DNA of 64,000 nucleotides from a virus (lineage: Duplodnaviria; Caudoviricetes): positions 26,284 to 90,283 of IMG/VR virus record IMGVR_UViG_2885358051_000002; one strand, 5' to 3'. A program made the position numbers and the translations under genes. Under the pieces are notes generated by a model. That model saw nothing but the letters and a program-made list of their open reading frames with translations. It was not told where the DNA came from and made no database searches. This document shows positions 1 to 10,079 of the stretch, one piece after another. Every line of letters begins with the position of its first letter. The first letter of the stretch is position 1.

Positions 1-4
1 CACA

Positions 5-1159
5 TTACGCTTCTTGTTCATCATCTTTTGATGATTTTTTTGCTTCAATAGCCGGAATAACGTTGTTGTTGCAATCGTCAATGGCTGCCTGTAGAACAGG
101 TTGATAGACAGCAGCCTCCTGTTCACCCATCAAGGATTTCAATTCCTCGTAACGAGCCTTCATAGTAGATATACGCTTCGGAGTATTCGGTTTGTCCTTG
201 CGAGTAAGGTATTTCACGATGTCAGCCACCTGCTTCTTCTTTATCTCCTCCTGTTCACGGACAGCAGCCTGAGCAGGGTCGTTCGCCTTGATGAAGTCAA
301 TCACCGCCGCCTTGAATGCTTCCTTATCCTCAATCTTGTCCCAATAAGGACGTAGCATGGTACGCAGTTCGGAAGGATTTACCTGTTTTTCCTCCATCTT
401 TTTGATGAAAGTCGTGTCCTCTTTAAGGCGCACATACACAGCGGCCAATTCATCATCCACCCGTTCGTATATGCCTTCGTATTCCTCCACCAGTTTTGCA
501 GCAGCTTGGGCGTGCGGTTCTATGTCCTTCGGATGTTTCCCATCAAGTGCCATCTGTTTTGCAATAGTTGCTTCCTCCGAAGCGCGGTTGCGCAGATCAC
601 GGACGGCATCCACAGCCTCTTGAAGTTTGAGGGGAAGCAGCCATTTCAGTTGGTCAAGATGAAGAAGCGCACCACCGGTTAGCGAGCCAGAGACCGTGGC
701 AGGAGCCGGTGGAGTTTCGATGGGAATGTCCGCTTTCTTTCCGAATAGCGTTTCTTTATCTTCCTCCGCTTTACGTTCCTGTTCCTCCTTCAACGCACGG
801 GCAGCAGCCTCCTGTTTGGTGGGTCGTCCCACATGCCGAACAAGAAGCGCCGGGTCGGAGAGATCCACCTTGGTATTCAACATCTTCTCCGCATCTGCCG
901 TTACCTTGTCCGCATAGCGAGCCAGCGGTTTTATGCGTGAAATATAGTTTTTGAATCGAAGCGACTCTGCCACAAAAGATCGACAATAAGGGAAAGCAGA
1001 CAGAAGAGACAGACCCAACTCGAAATCATTGCGGAATGAAGTCGTCATGGTACGCGCTTTCATCAGTTCCGGCAACACACGGGACTGCCAATTACAGTAA
1101 TCCTTTGTCCACGACTGCCGCTCCTCTTCCGACATCTGAGAGAATAATTTATTTGCCAT
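5..1159 (-). CDS. Hypothetical phage protein (384 aa, charged helical), probably late-expressed
   Basis: Long ORF directly downstream of the shared late-type promoter motif at 1211-1247. Confidence 0.8.
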   Translation of the reverse strand: MANKLFSQMSEEERQSWTKDYCNWQSRVLPELMKARTMTTSFRNDFELGLSLLSAFPYCRSFVAESLRFKNYISRIKPLARYADKVTADAEKMLNTKVDLSDPALLVRHVGRPTKQEAAARALKEEQERKAEEDKETLFGKKADIPIETPPAPATVSGSLTGGALLHLDQLKWLLPLKLQEAVDAVRDLRNRASEEATIAKQMALDGKHPKDIEPHAQAAAKLVEEYEGIYERVDDELAAVYVRLKEDTTFIKKMEEKQVNPSELRTMLRPYWDKIEDKEAFKAAVIDFIKANDPAQAAVREQEEIKKKQVADIVKYLTRKDKPNTPKRISTMKARYEELKSLMGEQEAAVYQPVLQAAIDDCNNNVIPAIEAKKSSKDDEQEA

Positions 1160-1210
1160 GATTTAATGAATTTATGAATGAATGAAACGATTGATTTATG
1201 AATTTATACG

Positions 1211-1247
1211 CAAAAATAGGAACAGGGGAAGAAGAATGCGGGACAAA
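1211..1247 (-). promoter_or_regulatory. Putative late promoter TTTGTCCC-N21-TATTTTTG
   Basis: Bacteroidetes -7 box with TTTGTCCC at a 25-nt TTTG-to-TA spacing; same architecture at 24141, 27823 and 49458. Confidence 0.7.
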
Positions 1248-1285
1248 ACAGGGGAGGAGGGGAAACCATGCAGGGACGGGAATAT

Positions 1286-1319
1286 AAAAAACGTCCCTCG
1301 CTATAGTAAACGAGGAACG
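1286..1319 (-). terminator. Intrinsic terminator after the probable tail tube gene
   Basis: Minus-strand stem CGTTCCTCG/CGAGGGACG followed by T6. Confidence 0.7.
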
Positions 1320-1347
1320 CATTAGGAATATCTAAAAGACAACGGTT

Positions 1348-1905
1348 TTATCCTCCGGTAGTAGCAGCGGAAGCAAGCAGGGAATCCCAACCATCTTCCG
1401 GTGCTTCCACATAGAAGTTCGGGAAAGTGACACCACTAAGTTTGAACTCAAGAGTTGTCTGACGATCATCGCCAGGTGCGGCACCCGTGTCCGTCTTGAT
1501 ACCACCAGACTCCGCTTTGAGACGACGGTTGGGGTCATAGAGGATTTGGTTGTCTTCACCATCGGGTACGATGACACCGATGTTCAGGTTGTTGAAAGAA
1601 CGAGCAAGCTCAGAAGTCTTGCGGTTTACCTTATCGAGGATAGCATTCCACGTCTGGTTGTAGCCACCATTTGGACCCTGACTTTCGCCCTGTACATGCT
1701 GCGAGTCGTCCTTCAGTTCAATTTTGTAGAGACCTTTTCCTGACTTAAAAGTAGGAGTAGAATACACATTCTTTGTGCGAGTAAGCGGTGCTGCAAGGTC
1801 ACTCTTCAAGAAGACATACGCTACCGCAGCGGTGCCGGCTATGTTTTCCTCGCAGAAATCAGAGGTCAAGAAGTCCTCAAGATTCGGGCAATTCTGTTCA
1901 GCCAT
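1348..1905 (-). CDS. Probable major tail/tube-type structural protein (185 aa; start at MAEQ)
   Basis: Directly downstream of the capsid gene; acidic, Gly-rich, beta-strand-like pattern; function inferred from position. Confidence 0.55.
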   Translation of the reverse strand: MAEQNCPNLEDFLTSDFCEENIAGTAAVAYVFLKSDLAAPLTRTKNVYSTPTFKSGKGLYKIELKDDSQHVQGESQGPNGGYNQTWNAILDKVNRKTSELARSFNNLNIGVIVPDGEDNQILYDPNRRLKAESGGIKTDTGAAPGDDRQTTLEFKLSGVTFPNFYVEAPEDGWDSLLASAATTGG

Positions 1906-1950
1906 AATTATGAATGAAATTTGAGTTATACATTGGTAAAATTGATGAGT

Positions 1951-1982
1951 GTCGGGTGACGGCAGTGATTCCGTCACCCGAC
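1951..1982. other. Perfect 12-bp stem hairpin between capsid and probable tail tube genes
   Basis: GTCGGGTGACGG-8 nt loop-CCGTCACCCGAC; no U-tract directly after the stem on the coding strand. Confidence 0.75.
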
Positions 1983-1986
1983 AGAT

Positions 1987-3273
1987 TTACTCACTGAAGA
2001 AAGCTGTGAGGGCCATAGGCATCCCAGAAGCTGTGATGGAAATCTTGGCATCCGTCTTGCCGTTACTCCAAGACTTGAATGTCTTGCCAGTGTTAGGTAC
2101 AGCCTCCAGTTCAATCACATCATTTGCAGCAAAATCAGCCGGCTCAGTGTATGTCTCACCATTAACCTTTACAGAACCGGCACCATCTACAGACACCACC
2201 AGTTTAGAGTTCGTGTAGTCACCGTTTACCACGTCAGGAGCGATGGAGCCGTCGGACATGACAAACGTGCTGGACAGCGGAGAGAGCAGGCGAGTACCCT
2301 GAATGGACTGAACCTGGAAGATTACATCCTGTACATCCTCGTCGGAACCGAAATGCGTCTTGACAAAAGTCTGGTTGCTGAGCGAATCCACACCATACTG
2401 CAGGTTGTCAGGGATTGTAGCCATAAGGCGGTCGCCGACACCAAAGTTGTCAGAAGGAGCAAATTCTACCTTCGGCATTTCAGGGATGATGAAGTTTCCG
2501 TTAGGCTTTCCGTCAGCGCCCTTGAGGTATTCTACCTTGTCATTGCCGTGGAACTTGTTGGAATACCCCTGAGCGATATAGATACCACGCAGGATGTCGC
2601 AGTGGAGGATGACCTTCTTCTGCTTACGCAGACGAGCATCCCACTTTGTCCACCACTCCGCTACGACATCGTAAGGAGTAGAGTCGTGCGCATCAGTAGG
2701 TGCGGTAATGGCCTCGCAAGCGACAAGATTCCCGTTCTGAGAACTGATAATTCCATCAGCCACATCATGAGCGATAACCGTGTGGAAACCATCGTAGAGT
2801 GAGAGTTTCTGGAGGTCTTCGTCCTCTGCTGTCTCGTTCTCCATATTACCGAAGAAAAGGTTAGAAGTCAGATCCTCGGCATAAGACATCAGAATAGCCT
2901 CGCAAGCCTCTGTAGCGAGAGGGTACAGCCCACCAGGTTTACCATCAGTGCCAAAGACCGTCTCGACATAGTTGTCGATGTTGTCTTTGTAACGGTTCCA
3001 GGTCAGTTTAGCCACCAACTCGCGTTCCTTGAGGAAGCCAATCTTGTTTTGTACAGGCGTACCCACCTTCTTACGACGAGTGGTGCCACCCTTGCGGACG
3101 AGGAGGTGGTCAGTCCTCTTGAACTTTACACCGGAAATCACCTTAATGCCCAAACGGGTGAGCAATTCAGGGTCGTAGTAAGCAGGACCCATGACGATCT
3201 GCTTTCCTACTTGGTTGGCCACTTGAGTGAGCGCCTCACGGCCAATGAACACAGGAGCATTATTTTCAGCCAT
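1987..3273 (-). CDS. Major capsid protein with a C-terminal Ig-like/InlB B-repeat-like extension
   Basis: 428 aa ORF right after the prohead protease; C-terminal ~70 aa (LEAVPNTGKTFKSWS...LTAFF) resembles the bacterial B-repeat beta domain. Confidence 0.78.
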   Translation of the reverse strand: MAENNAPVFIGREALTQVANQVGKQIVMGPAYYDPELLTRLGIKVISGVKFKRTDHLLVRKGGTTRRKKVGTPVQNKIGFLKERELVAKLTWNRYKDNIDNYVETVFGTDGKPGGLYPLATEACEAILMSYAEDLTSNLFFGNMENETAEDEDLQKLSLYDGFHTVIAHDVADGIISSQNGNLVACEAITAPTDAHDSTPYDVVAEWWTKWDARLRKQKKVILHCDILRGIYIAQGYSNKFHGNDKVEYLKGADGKPNGNFIIPEMPKVEFAPSDNFGVGDRLMATIPDNLQYGVDSLSNQTFVKTHFGSDEDVQDVIFQVQSIQGTRLLSPLSSTFVMSDGSIAPDVVNGDYTNSKLVVSVDGAGSVKVNGETYTEPADFAANDVIELEAVPNTGKTFKSWSNGKTDAKISITASGMPMALTAFFSE

Positions 3274-3306
3274 TGTTCTAAGAATTTTAGTTTTATACTA
3301 TGATAA

Positions 3307-4863
3307 TTACTTGTGGAGTTTTGCCTTGTATTCGTCAAGAATACGCTTATTCTCCATCGGAGAGAGATTGTCATTGTAGGCCGGCATACCGCCTTCCTTG
3401 GTCAGATTAACACCTCTGCCGTTGGTAGATGGACTTTCATCTGTTGTTTCGGCAGCAGTGTGGGTAAGCGCAGTAATCTGTGCATCACGGTCGGCGATGG
3501 CCTGCTGTGCCGTAGCCAGTTGTTCCTGCACGTCATGCAGCTGCTGCTCCGCCGTCTGACGAGCCTCCTGTTCAGCCTGGATAGCCTGAGCGTGCTCGTT
3601 ACGAAGTTCGGAGAGCGCCTGCTCATGTGCAGCGTTCAATTCCTGTTCACGATTTGCGATTGCATTCTGACGGTCAGCGGCATTATCGGCCACCTGCTGT
3701 TCCAGTTCTGCAACACGGTTTTCGGCCTTCTGCCTTGCAGCAGCCGAATCAGCGAGCGACGTTTCCATTTGGTCGAGCATGGCCGGCACGAAGTGTGCCC
3801 CCTCCTCATTGACCACCAGTTCCTGTACGCCACACGCCGAAGCGATGTGAGTGTATTCCTTCATTTTGGATTTAGTTTGAGAATTAGAAGTTTCTTGTGA
3901 AGCGCCACCATCGGTGGCGTTAGATTTTGTTTTTCCGGGTGCTTGTTTGGTGCGCGTTATACGTGCCGCCCCATCGTAGAGCGCGAAAGCACGAAGAATG
4001 GTGTCGCCGAAAGAAGCCTGAGCGTCACAGAGCACACCCGCCACATCCTCGGCATTGAATATCTTGCCATGAATATGGTCGTCGGTCGCTGCGGGGAAAG
4101 CAGCAAGCACATCCGAGCGAAACTCCACACCGAGGTCAGAAAGTTCTTTGACCAGAAGTTTGTCGTTGCCCTCATTCGCTATGTCACGGATGCAACGGTT
4201 CTTATCGAACGACTCAGGGTCGTAAATCTCGTGATACGTCTCGTTGGTATATTTGTTCATTTCTCCGTCCTTCTCCGTATAAAAGGCCGCCATCACACCA
4301 ATACAACCTATACGGTTTTTCTGGTGCATGAAATACACCTCATCACACAATGAAGCGAGGTACATACCGGCCGACGCGCACATGCCGTCGATGAAAGCAA
4401 GGACAGGTTGGTTGAGCGAGTGCGCATATTCGATGGCCTGCTGGAAATCATTTTTCGCCCATGCCGATCCACCCGGCGTGTCGATATAGAAGATATGTCC
4501 CCGGCACATCTTATCGTTGGCCGCCCGGACGAGCCAGTCACGAAGTTCTGCAGAACCATAGGAACAAGCACCCCCATTGCGAGTGATAGGTCCCTGAACA
4601 GGCAGCACATTGACGAAAGGAGTCTCCATTGAACCGAGTTTCCAAGAATACTTCACCTTACCATCATCCGTAACCTGATATTCGAGAATATCAGGAACAG
4701 CACCTTGTGTGTGCTGTACAGCCACAAAAGGATGCTTCTTCTCCTTAAAAGAGATGGGCGAATGCGTATTCAAGTTGTGTTCAATCACCGAACGAGAAGC
4801 GTGAACAAAATCCGGAGAAATCATCCACAATTTGGTAGTCAGTATTTCAAGCAATCCATTCAT
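3307..4863 (-). CDS. S49 (SppA/ClpP-like) prohead protease fused to a coiled-coil scaffold domain
   Basis: IDTPGGS, MCASAGMYLAS and IGCIGV motifs of S49 peptidases; Q/E/A-rich coiled-coil C-terminus. Confidence 0.88.
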   Translation of the reverse strand: MNGLLEILTTKLWMISPDFVHASRSVIEHNLNTHSPISFKEKKHPFVAVQHTQGAVPDILEYQVTDDGKVKYSWKLGSMETPFVNVLPVQGPITRNGGACSYGSAELRDWLVRAANDKMCRGHIFYIDTPGGSAWAKNDFQQAIEYAHSLNQPVLAFIDGMCASAGMYLASLCDEVYFMHQKNRIGCIGVMAAFYTEKDGEMNKYTNETYHEIYDPESFDKNRCIRDIANEGNDKLLVKELSDLGVEFRSDVLAAFPAATDDHIHGKIFNAEDVAGVLCDAQASFGDTILRAFALYDGAARITRTKQAPGKTKSNATDGGASQETSNSQTKSKMKEYTHIASACGVQELVVNEEGAHFVPAMLDQMETSLADSAAARQKAENRVAELEQQVADNAADRQNAIANREQELNAAHEQALSELRNEHAQAIQAEQEARQTAEQQLHDVQEQLATAQQAIADRDAQITALTHTAAETTDESPSTNGRGVNLTKEGGMPAYNDNLSPMENKRILDEYKAKLHK

Positions 4864-5060
4864 ATATTTGAATTATTGAATTTTCATATTGCAAAAATAA
4901 GAAAGCGGGATAGGGGAGAATGGAATGGGAAAGAGACAAAAAAGAACGTTTTAGGGAGTAGAAGCAAGTAAATTTCACTACTTACAGAACATTCCAAATG
5001 ATGAAAGAACGACTCACAAGATGGAAAAATACAAGATATAATTACAGAGAAAAACAAAAA

Positions 5061-5082
5061 GGCCGACAGAAAACTGCCGGCC
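5061..5082 (-). terminator. Putative intrinsic terminator
   Basis: GGCCGACAG/CTGCCGGCC stem followed by a T-run on the minus strand. Confidence 0.5.
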
Positions 5083-5168
5083 CAAAACAAAAGTTAAACC
5101 CAACGCCGTCACGCAGACGACCATTATCCAATCTTTTTACCTTGTACCACTATACCTATATATATATA

Positions 5169-5645
5169 TTATGAAAGCGCGATAAGAGCACTCAGAGAAG
5201 ACAACTTTATTTTGATTGTGAGAGAAGAGCTTGATGATTCCGTATTTTCCGTATTGCATACCGAAGTGTTAGCGAGCGAGCGAGACAACCATTTTGTATT
5301 GTCATCACGCGTAAAAACCACATGGAAGTCCTGTAAGTACAAAGGCTCCAAGGCATTTACCACCTCTGCACGCCGTAAGGTCACTGACAATTGGATGTCA
5401 TGCTCATAGACAACACCTGCAGACTGACGAGTATCAGAGACTTTGACCATAGGATAGTCCGCCATCACAAATTCACCATCGTCAGGAGAGAGTGAGAAAG
5501 CTGCCACCGGAGTACCAGACAAAGCCCCCTCTGCAAGTGCCATAGACTTCGAGGAGACATTGAACGGGATAGGGAACGTACATTGGCTATCCAAATAAAT
5601 CTCCATACGGACAATATCTGATATATGGTTTTCGAGACAAGACAT
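5169..5645 (-). CDS. Hypothetical phage protein (158 aa), possibly structural
   Basis: ORF upstream of the head module. Confidence 0.65.
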   Translation of the reverse strand: MSCLENHISDIVRMEIYLDSQCTFPIPFNVSSKSMALAEGALSGTPVAAFSLSPDDGEFVMADYPMVKVSDTRQSAGVVYEHDIQLSVTLRRAEVVNALEPLYLQDFHVVFTRDDNTKWLSRSLANTSVCNTENTESSSSSLTIKIKLSSLSALIALS

Positions 5646-5819
5646 AATATAATACTATTAAAGATTATCAGAAAAACAAGCAAATAAACGAGAACACCCA
5701 ACATCCATAACTGGGAGAGAAGTATGAGCGGACAGACTGCCGCCATAAAAACATCGAAAACATATCATTATTTAACTATTTTTATGTATCAATTTTAATT
5801 TTGTTTACATATCATTTTT

Positions 5820-6566
5820 TCAATCTTCACCATCATATTTTGGTCGTCCACCCGTCAGTTCGTGTTCATCAATGCGAGATACAAGACCATCCTTGATGAT
5901 GGCAGGACTGCTTGCCAAGTATGTCGCTTCATTGTGCCATCTCTGTTTGAGGCGTCTCAATGTTTCCCTTTCGTTAAGATCGTGAGACACTGGAATGTCG
6001 TATTCCATAAAGAACCGTTCCATGATTTCCACGTCAGAACGATGGATATTGTTTGCCTGAGCAAAGATGCGGTTGCGCGTCTCGAAATCGAGGAATACCC
6101 GGATAAACGACTCACGAAGGAGTTTACGCAGTTGGTTTGCCGCCGATGAGTCCAGCGTGTAAGACTTTGTGGTGCGCTCCACATGTCCATTAACATAAAT
6201 CTCCCTTGGAATCTGTACACAAAGGAACTCGTAGGCATCCGTTTTAGTCCGGTTGTTAAGTTGTTCCAACGTACAAATCTCCGCATAAGACAGATAGTCC
6301 TCCGGGTTACGTAAGATGATAGGCTTACCACCCTGCGGCAATCGTCCACGCAACATATTCTGCCAGGCCGACTGCGAGTAGCATGATGCACGATGCTGCT
6401 TGGCTTCCGGAACGATGCGCAATCCATTAGCCAGCACCACGTACTCCTGCGTGTATGGAGAAAACACAACAGGCTGGTGAGCAGGCATTGACATGCCATC
6501 ACCAGTCGCCCGCATGAAAGCAGCAACATATCTGGAAGTACGGATATAAATGTTCGCCATAATCAA
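5820..6566 (-). CDS. Hypothetical phage protein (248 aa)
   Basis: Long ORF in the minus-strand operon with an A-rich leader. Confidence 0.75.
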   Translation of the reverse strand: MIMANIYIRTSRYVAAFMRATGDGMSMPAHQPVVFSPYTQEYVVLANGLRIVPEAKQHRASCYSQSAWQNMLRGRLPQGGKPIILRNPEDYLSYAEICTLEQLNNRTKTDAYEFLCVQIPREIYVNGHVERTTKSYTLDSSAANQLRKLLRESFIRVFLDFETRNRIFAQANNIHRSDVEIMERFFMEYDIPVSHDLNERETLRRLKQRWHNEATYLASSPAIIKDGLVSRIDEHELTGGRPKYDGED

Positions 6567-6605
6567 ATGTAAATATATAGTAAATAGACTTATATAAGAG
6601 ACAAT

Positions 6606-6794
6606 TCATCTGTTATCGCCAGAGCCACTTATCTTATGTCGTTCCATACAAGACTTCAGTTTTTTGATGTTCATAGCGATATTCTTAAATTGGGATCCAG
6701 CATCATTCAACAGTGTGGAACAAGACAAAAAAGCCACACTGACTTCCTTAGCCAGTTTAACCCGTTTATACTGTTGATATTCTTTCAGAGTCAT
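6606..6794 (-). CDS. Small hypothetical protein
   Basis: ORF fits operon spacing. Confidence 0.55.
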   Translation of the reverse strand: MTLKEYQQYKRVKLAKEVSVAFLSCSTLLNDAGSQFKNIAMNIKKLKSCMERHKISGSGDNR

Positions 6795-6817
6795 ATTTGA
6801 ATAAAGTTATTGATTGT

Positions 6818-7144
6818 TCATTCATAACAGAAACGTAAGTTCAACCATCTTGCCACCTCCTTTTCAAGAGCGCAGCCACGAGAACTTTCGTGACCTTTGA
6901 GCAAACAAATCTCATCGCACGAGGCGAGAAAGAGACAGTCGAGTATGACCTGATATTTATATGGTATTCGTTCAAACAACGGTTGCAAGATACCCCACAT
7001 ACGAGTGGGATTAACAGGCTGCTCATCAGACTCACGTATCAGTTGCTCGATTCGATGGAAGTGGAGCATGTAATCCTTTTTTGTACGTCCAGACATAGGA
7101 CCTGATATATAGACCCGAGCCTTTCTCGTTTTTTTATTTCTCAT
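6818..7144 (-). CDS. DUF4406-type nucleoside 2-deoxyribosyltransferase-like protein
   Basis: VYISGPMSG ... LASCDEICLLKGHESSRGCALE pattern. Confidence 0.8.
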   Translation of the reverse strand: MRNKKTRKARVYISGPMSGRTKKDYMLHFHRIEQLIRESDEQPVNPTRMWGILQPLFERIPYKYQVILDCLFLASCDEICLLKGHESSRGCALEKEVARWLNLRFCYE

Positions 7145-7153
7145 TGATTAAAT

Positions 7154-7708
7154 TCATTTTTTCATAAAACATATCCAATGGGTATTACTCCTTTTACCAG
7201 AAATATGTCCAAATACAGGCTTTTCTGATGTCAGTTTCAGAACTTCGGAAACTTTGATGTCTGTTTCATTCCATTTGAATATGAGAAATCCACCGTGCAT
7301 CAGAACTCTGAAACATTCATTGAAACCCTTGGACAACATATCGCGCCAATCTGAATACAATGCACCATATTTGATATGCTGATACCCTTTTGGTGTTGCT
7401 TTCTCATTAAGACTGCCATATATGTCAGCAAATTTTGAATTGCCGACGTTTCGCAACAGATGGGGGGGGTCAAAAACAACCATTGAAAAGTGTTCGTCTT
7501 CATACGGCATATTTGTGAAGTCTGCCTGAATATCAGGATCTACTTCAAATGTTCGTCCATCACACAACGTCGTTTCAAAACTGCGAATGTCTTGAAATAG
7601 CACCCTATCGTCGTTCTTGTCGAAGTAGAACATTTTTCCACCACAACAAGCATCAAGAATTGGCGAAGTATCTGTTTTGTTTATTTCTTTATGGTTTCTC
7701 ATTGACAA
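7154..7708 (-). CDS. Phage SAM-dependent methyltransferase (probable DNA amino-MTase)
   Basis: ILDACCGGKM SAM-binding motif, VVFDPPHL catalytic-type motif, GFLIFKWNE. Confidence 0.85.
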   Translation of the reverse strand: MSMRNHKEINKTDTSPILDACCGGKMFYFDKNDDRVLFQDIRSFETTLCDGRTFEVDPDIQADFTNMPYEDEHFSMVVFDPPHLLRNVGNSKFADIYGSLNEKATPKGYQHIKYGALYSDWRDMLSKGFNECFRVLMHGGFLIFKWNETDIKVSEVLKLTSEKPVFGHISGKRSNTHWICFMKK

Positions 7709-8282
7709 AATCCATTTGAGACAATTTATTATATAGAATCTTTACCGAAAGACGCGCATTGTCCGAAAGCACCAGTTTGTCAGGAGAGATATAAGCATCT
7801 AATGCGTCACGGAGCGAATCGAGAGTAGGGTTAGGCGCACAATCATGGTGTCCGCATCGCTCCATTATCAGCTCATCCATTTTCCGATTATGCTCCTTGA
7901 GTAATTCCAGCATCATATATCCGCACAAGGCTTCGGTACGCATATCCTGATAAGGTGCATTCGGAAGAAGACGACGTATGTCGTTATTCATTGAGCACCA
8001 CAGCACGGTAAAGTCATTTGCCGCTACCTTCAGAAATTTCTGCGATAGGGTAGAAATGCGCTTAATACCCATGTCATCCAAATTCTTTCTGAGTAGTTCA
8101 TCATACCTTTTATACAGGACACCTACGGTGCGTGAAAGTTTTTTAAGCACCTCTATACGGTATTTTGCTGCCAGTTCCGTGGTACGAACCGCATACTGCC
8201 ATGCTATGTCCGCTATTACCAATGGTCCCAATGCCATAAAGTAATTCTCCTGTTTGGTAAAAACCTTCAAGCGTTGTTCCAC
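7689..8282 (-). CDS. Hypothetical helical protein; in frame with the upstream radical SAM gene if the C11 tract at 8322-8332 loses one base
   Basis: GTG-start ORF overlapped 140 bp by the upstream ORF; its frame stays open back to the tract. Confidence 0.65.
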   Translation of the reverse strand: MEQRLKVFTKQENYFMALGPLVIADIAWQYAVRTTELAAKYRIEVLKKLSRTVGVLYKRYDELLRKNLDDMGIKRISTLSQKFLKVAANDFTVLWCSMNNDIRRLLPNAPYQDMRTEALCGYMMLELLKEHNRKMDELIMERCGHHDCAPNPTLDSLRDALDAYISPDKLVLSDNARLSVKILYNKLSQMDFVNEKP

Positions 8283-9237
8283 GCTTTGCCGTACCTGCTG
8301 GCGAAAGACCTCCTCCGAGCAGGGGGGGGGGGCGCATCAATGCCGACTGTAACGGAACCGATGGATTCTTGTCAGATACGGATAGGACAGACTGACAGAT
8401 AGGTTTGGCCGTTTGTGTGGTAGTACGGTCATCAGGAATAGTACTGTGCATATCATCCGGCCTGTTCTCCTTATAGAAACGGTTGATAGATTTCTTCCAT
8501 CGAACTATTACACCATGTTTTAGTGAAAGTTCCGTCACCTTATCTATGAAACGGTCGCACTGTGTCCAGTCGTATCGACGAGGCGAGTAAGGAGAGAGCA
8601 ATCCGATACGCAGTTCACGCACAAAAAGCATTATGTCAATAATACAACTTAGAGAATCATTGAAGTCAATGACCGGTTCGATGGAAGCGAAAACGGAGAA
8701 CTGCATCTCATGCAGCCGAGAAATAGCCTTTATGCGCTCCTGAGTAGAAGGGGCACCAGGTTCCATTTCATCATGTCCGGTCAGTGTGAAACCAATGTGA
8801 AGCAAATGGCGATAGGCATATAGAGAGCCAATATACACATCTTTATACAGCCAATTCACAGCCTTGGTAAGTATATATACCGGAACACCCTGAGATAGTG
8901 CATAATCTATGCACGTCATTGACAGATCCGTTGTCTGCGGAAGAAACGGGTCAGAAGAGAAAGAGAAGAACAAACCGCCATCCTCAATAATCCGCGTGCG
9001 ATACTTATCCAGTTCCTTGCGGAAGATACGGACGGCCGACCACTCATCACCCAACGTAGATTTCAGTACCGCGTGCGGTCCACCCAAAGTATGAGCCATC
9101 GGTCCACGTTTGCAATAGCAATACGAGCAATTATGGTCACAACCCTTGTAAAGGTTACATGCCCATAGGGAATACTCCTCAGCCGCGCCTGCTGGTTGGT
9201 AGATAGCCTTACCCTTTATACGAGATGTTTCTTTCAT
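8143..9237 (-). CDS. Radical SAM protein (SplB/photolyase-like phage family)
   Basis: CNLYKGCDHNCSYCY (CxxxCxxC), FSFSSDPF, ASIEPV; the C-terminus after the homopolymer looks out of frame. Confidence 0.85.
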   Translation of the reverse strand: MKETSRIKGKAIYQPAGAAEEYSLWACNLYKGCDHNCSYCYCKRGPMAHTLGGPHAVLKSTLGDEWSAVRIFRKELDKYRTRIIEDGGLFFSFSSDPFLPQTTDLSMTCIDYALSQGVPVYILTKAVNWLYKDVYIGSLYAYRHLLHIGFTLTGHDEMEPGAPSTQERIKAISRLHEMQFSVFASIEPVIDFNDSLSCIIDIMLFVRELRIGLLSPYSPRRYDWTQCDRFIDKVTELSLKHGVIVRWKKSINRFYKENRPDDMHSTIPDDRTTTQTAKPICQSVLSVSDKNPSVPLQSALMRPPPLLGGGLSPAGTAKRGTTLEGFYQTGELLYGIGTIGNSGHSMAVCGSYHGTGSKIPYRGA

Positions 9238-9521
9238 ATATTATCATTGTTTTGAGCCATCAACAGGGACAACGCCGATACGGAGTTTTCTACAGCCTGG
9301 AGATTAAGTATGACCGAGTGAGTAAGCTGTGCGTAATATGACAGTCTTTTATTCTCAGACATACCTTTGTCTTTTTCTTCACGGAGTTGCAATGCCATTT
9401 TTCTAAGGACATCCTCCACGAATGATTTTGTCATATCGAGTTCCTTCAGACATAATCCTAACTCTGCTGCATACATCATATATATATCTGAATTTTGTGC
9501 CATAAATTTTTGCTCCGCCAT
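9234..9521 (-). CDS. Hypothetical protein
   Basis: ORF with ATGA overlap to the next gene. Confidence 0.65.
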   Translation of the reverse strand: MAEQKFMAQNSDIYMMYAAELGLCLKELDMTKSFVEDVLRKMALQLREEKDKGMSENKRLSYYAQLTHSVILNLQAVENSVSALSLLMAQNNDNI

Positions 9522-9543
9522 ACTCTATTAAACATAATTAGTA

Positions 9544-10068
9544 TTATATCATTTTCTCCACAGTCATTTTTCTGACCTCAGAAACAGGAAGATTGTACAC
9601 ATCAAGATTCGTCCACCACGATTCCTTACCTTTTTCAATATAAAGAGGTTGCAAGGCTTTTTCTTTTTCAGGACGACTTACGGAATCCACCCATTCCTCC
9701 GGTACAAATGTGTTAAATCTATTCTCCACGTACCACGTATTCTGGAAACGATAGCAATACGCACGATGCCTACGGCCATTAGTCCGTCCATTCTCACGGA
9801 AAACGACCGTAGCATAATTATTGCGCTGCATAGCCGCCATGCAATGAAGGAAGTCATCATCTCCACAGAAATGAGACTTACCATCAAAGAAAATAGGCCA
9901 TATATCACGCCGGAGAAAAAACCAAATGTTATCCCTTTCTCTGTCAGACATTTGCGAGATGTACTTCGTGACAATCTCATGCCATATATGCTGCCGGAGA
10001 TGAGAACCTCGAGCGAATCCTTCGATGGCGAAAAGGAAATCGTGCCAATCAAGAACCATTGTAATCAT
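9544..10068 (-). CDS. Hypothetical phage protein (174 aa)
   Basis: ORF in operon. Confidence 0.7.
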   Translation of the reverse strand: MITMVLDWHDFLFAIEGFARGSHLRQHIWHEIVTKYISQMSDRERDNIWFFLRRDIWPIFFDGKSHFCGDDDFLHCMAAMQRNNYATVVFRENGRTNGRRHRAYCYRFQNTWYVENRFNTFVPEEWVDSVSRPEKEKALQPLYIEKGKESWWTNLDVYNLPVSEVRKMTVEKMI

Positions 10069-10079
10069 TGCCGTAACAT

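Noticed and set aside
7462-7500. Phase-variable frameshift at the G8 run in the 7154 methyltransferase
   Set aside because: The run encodes the DPPH motif and is in frame
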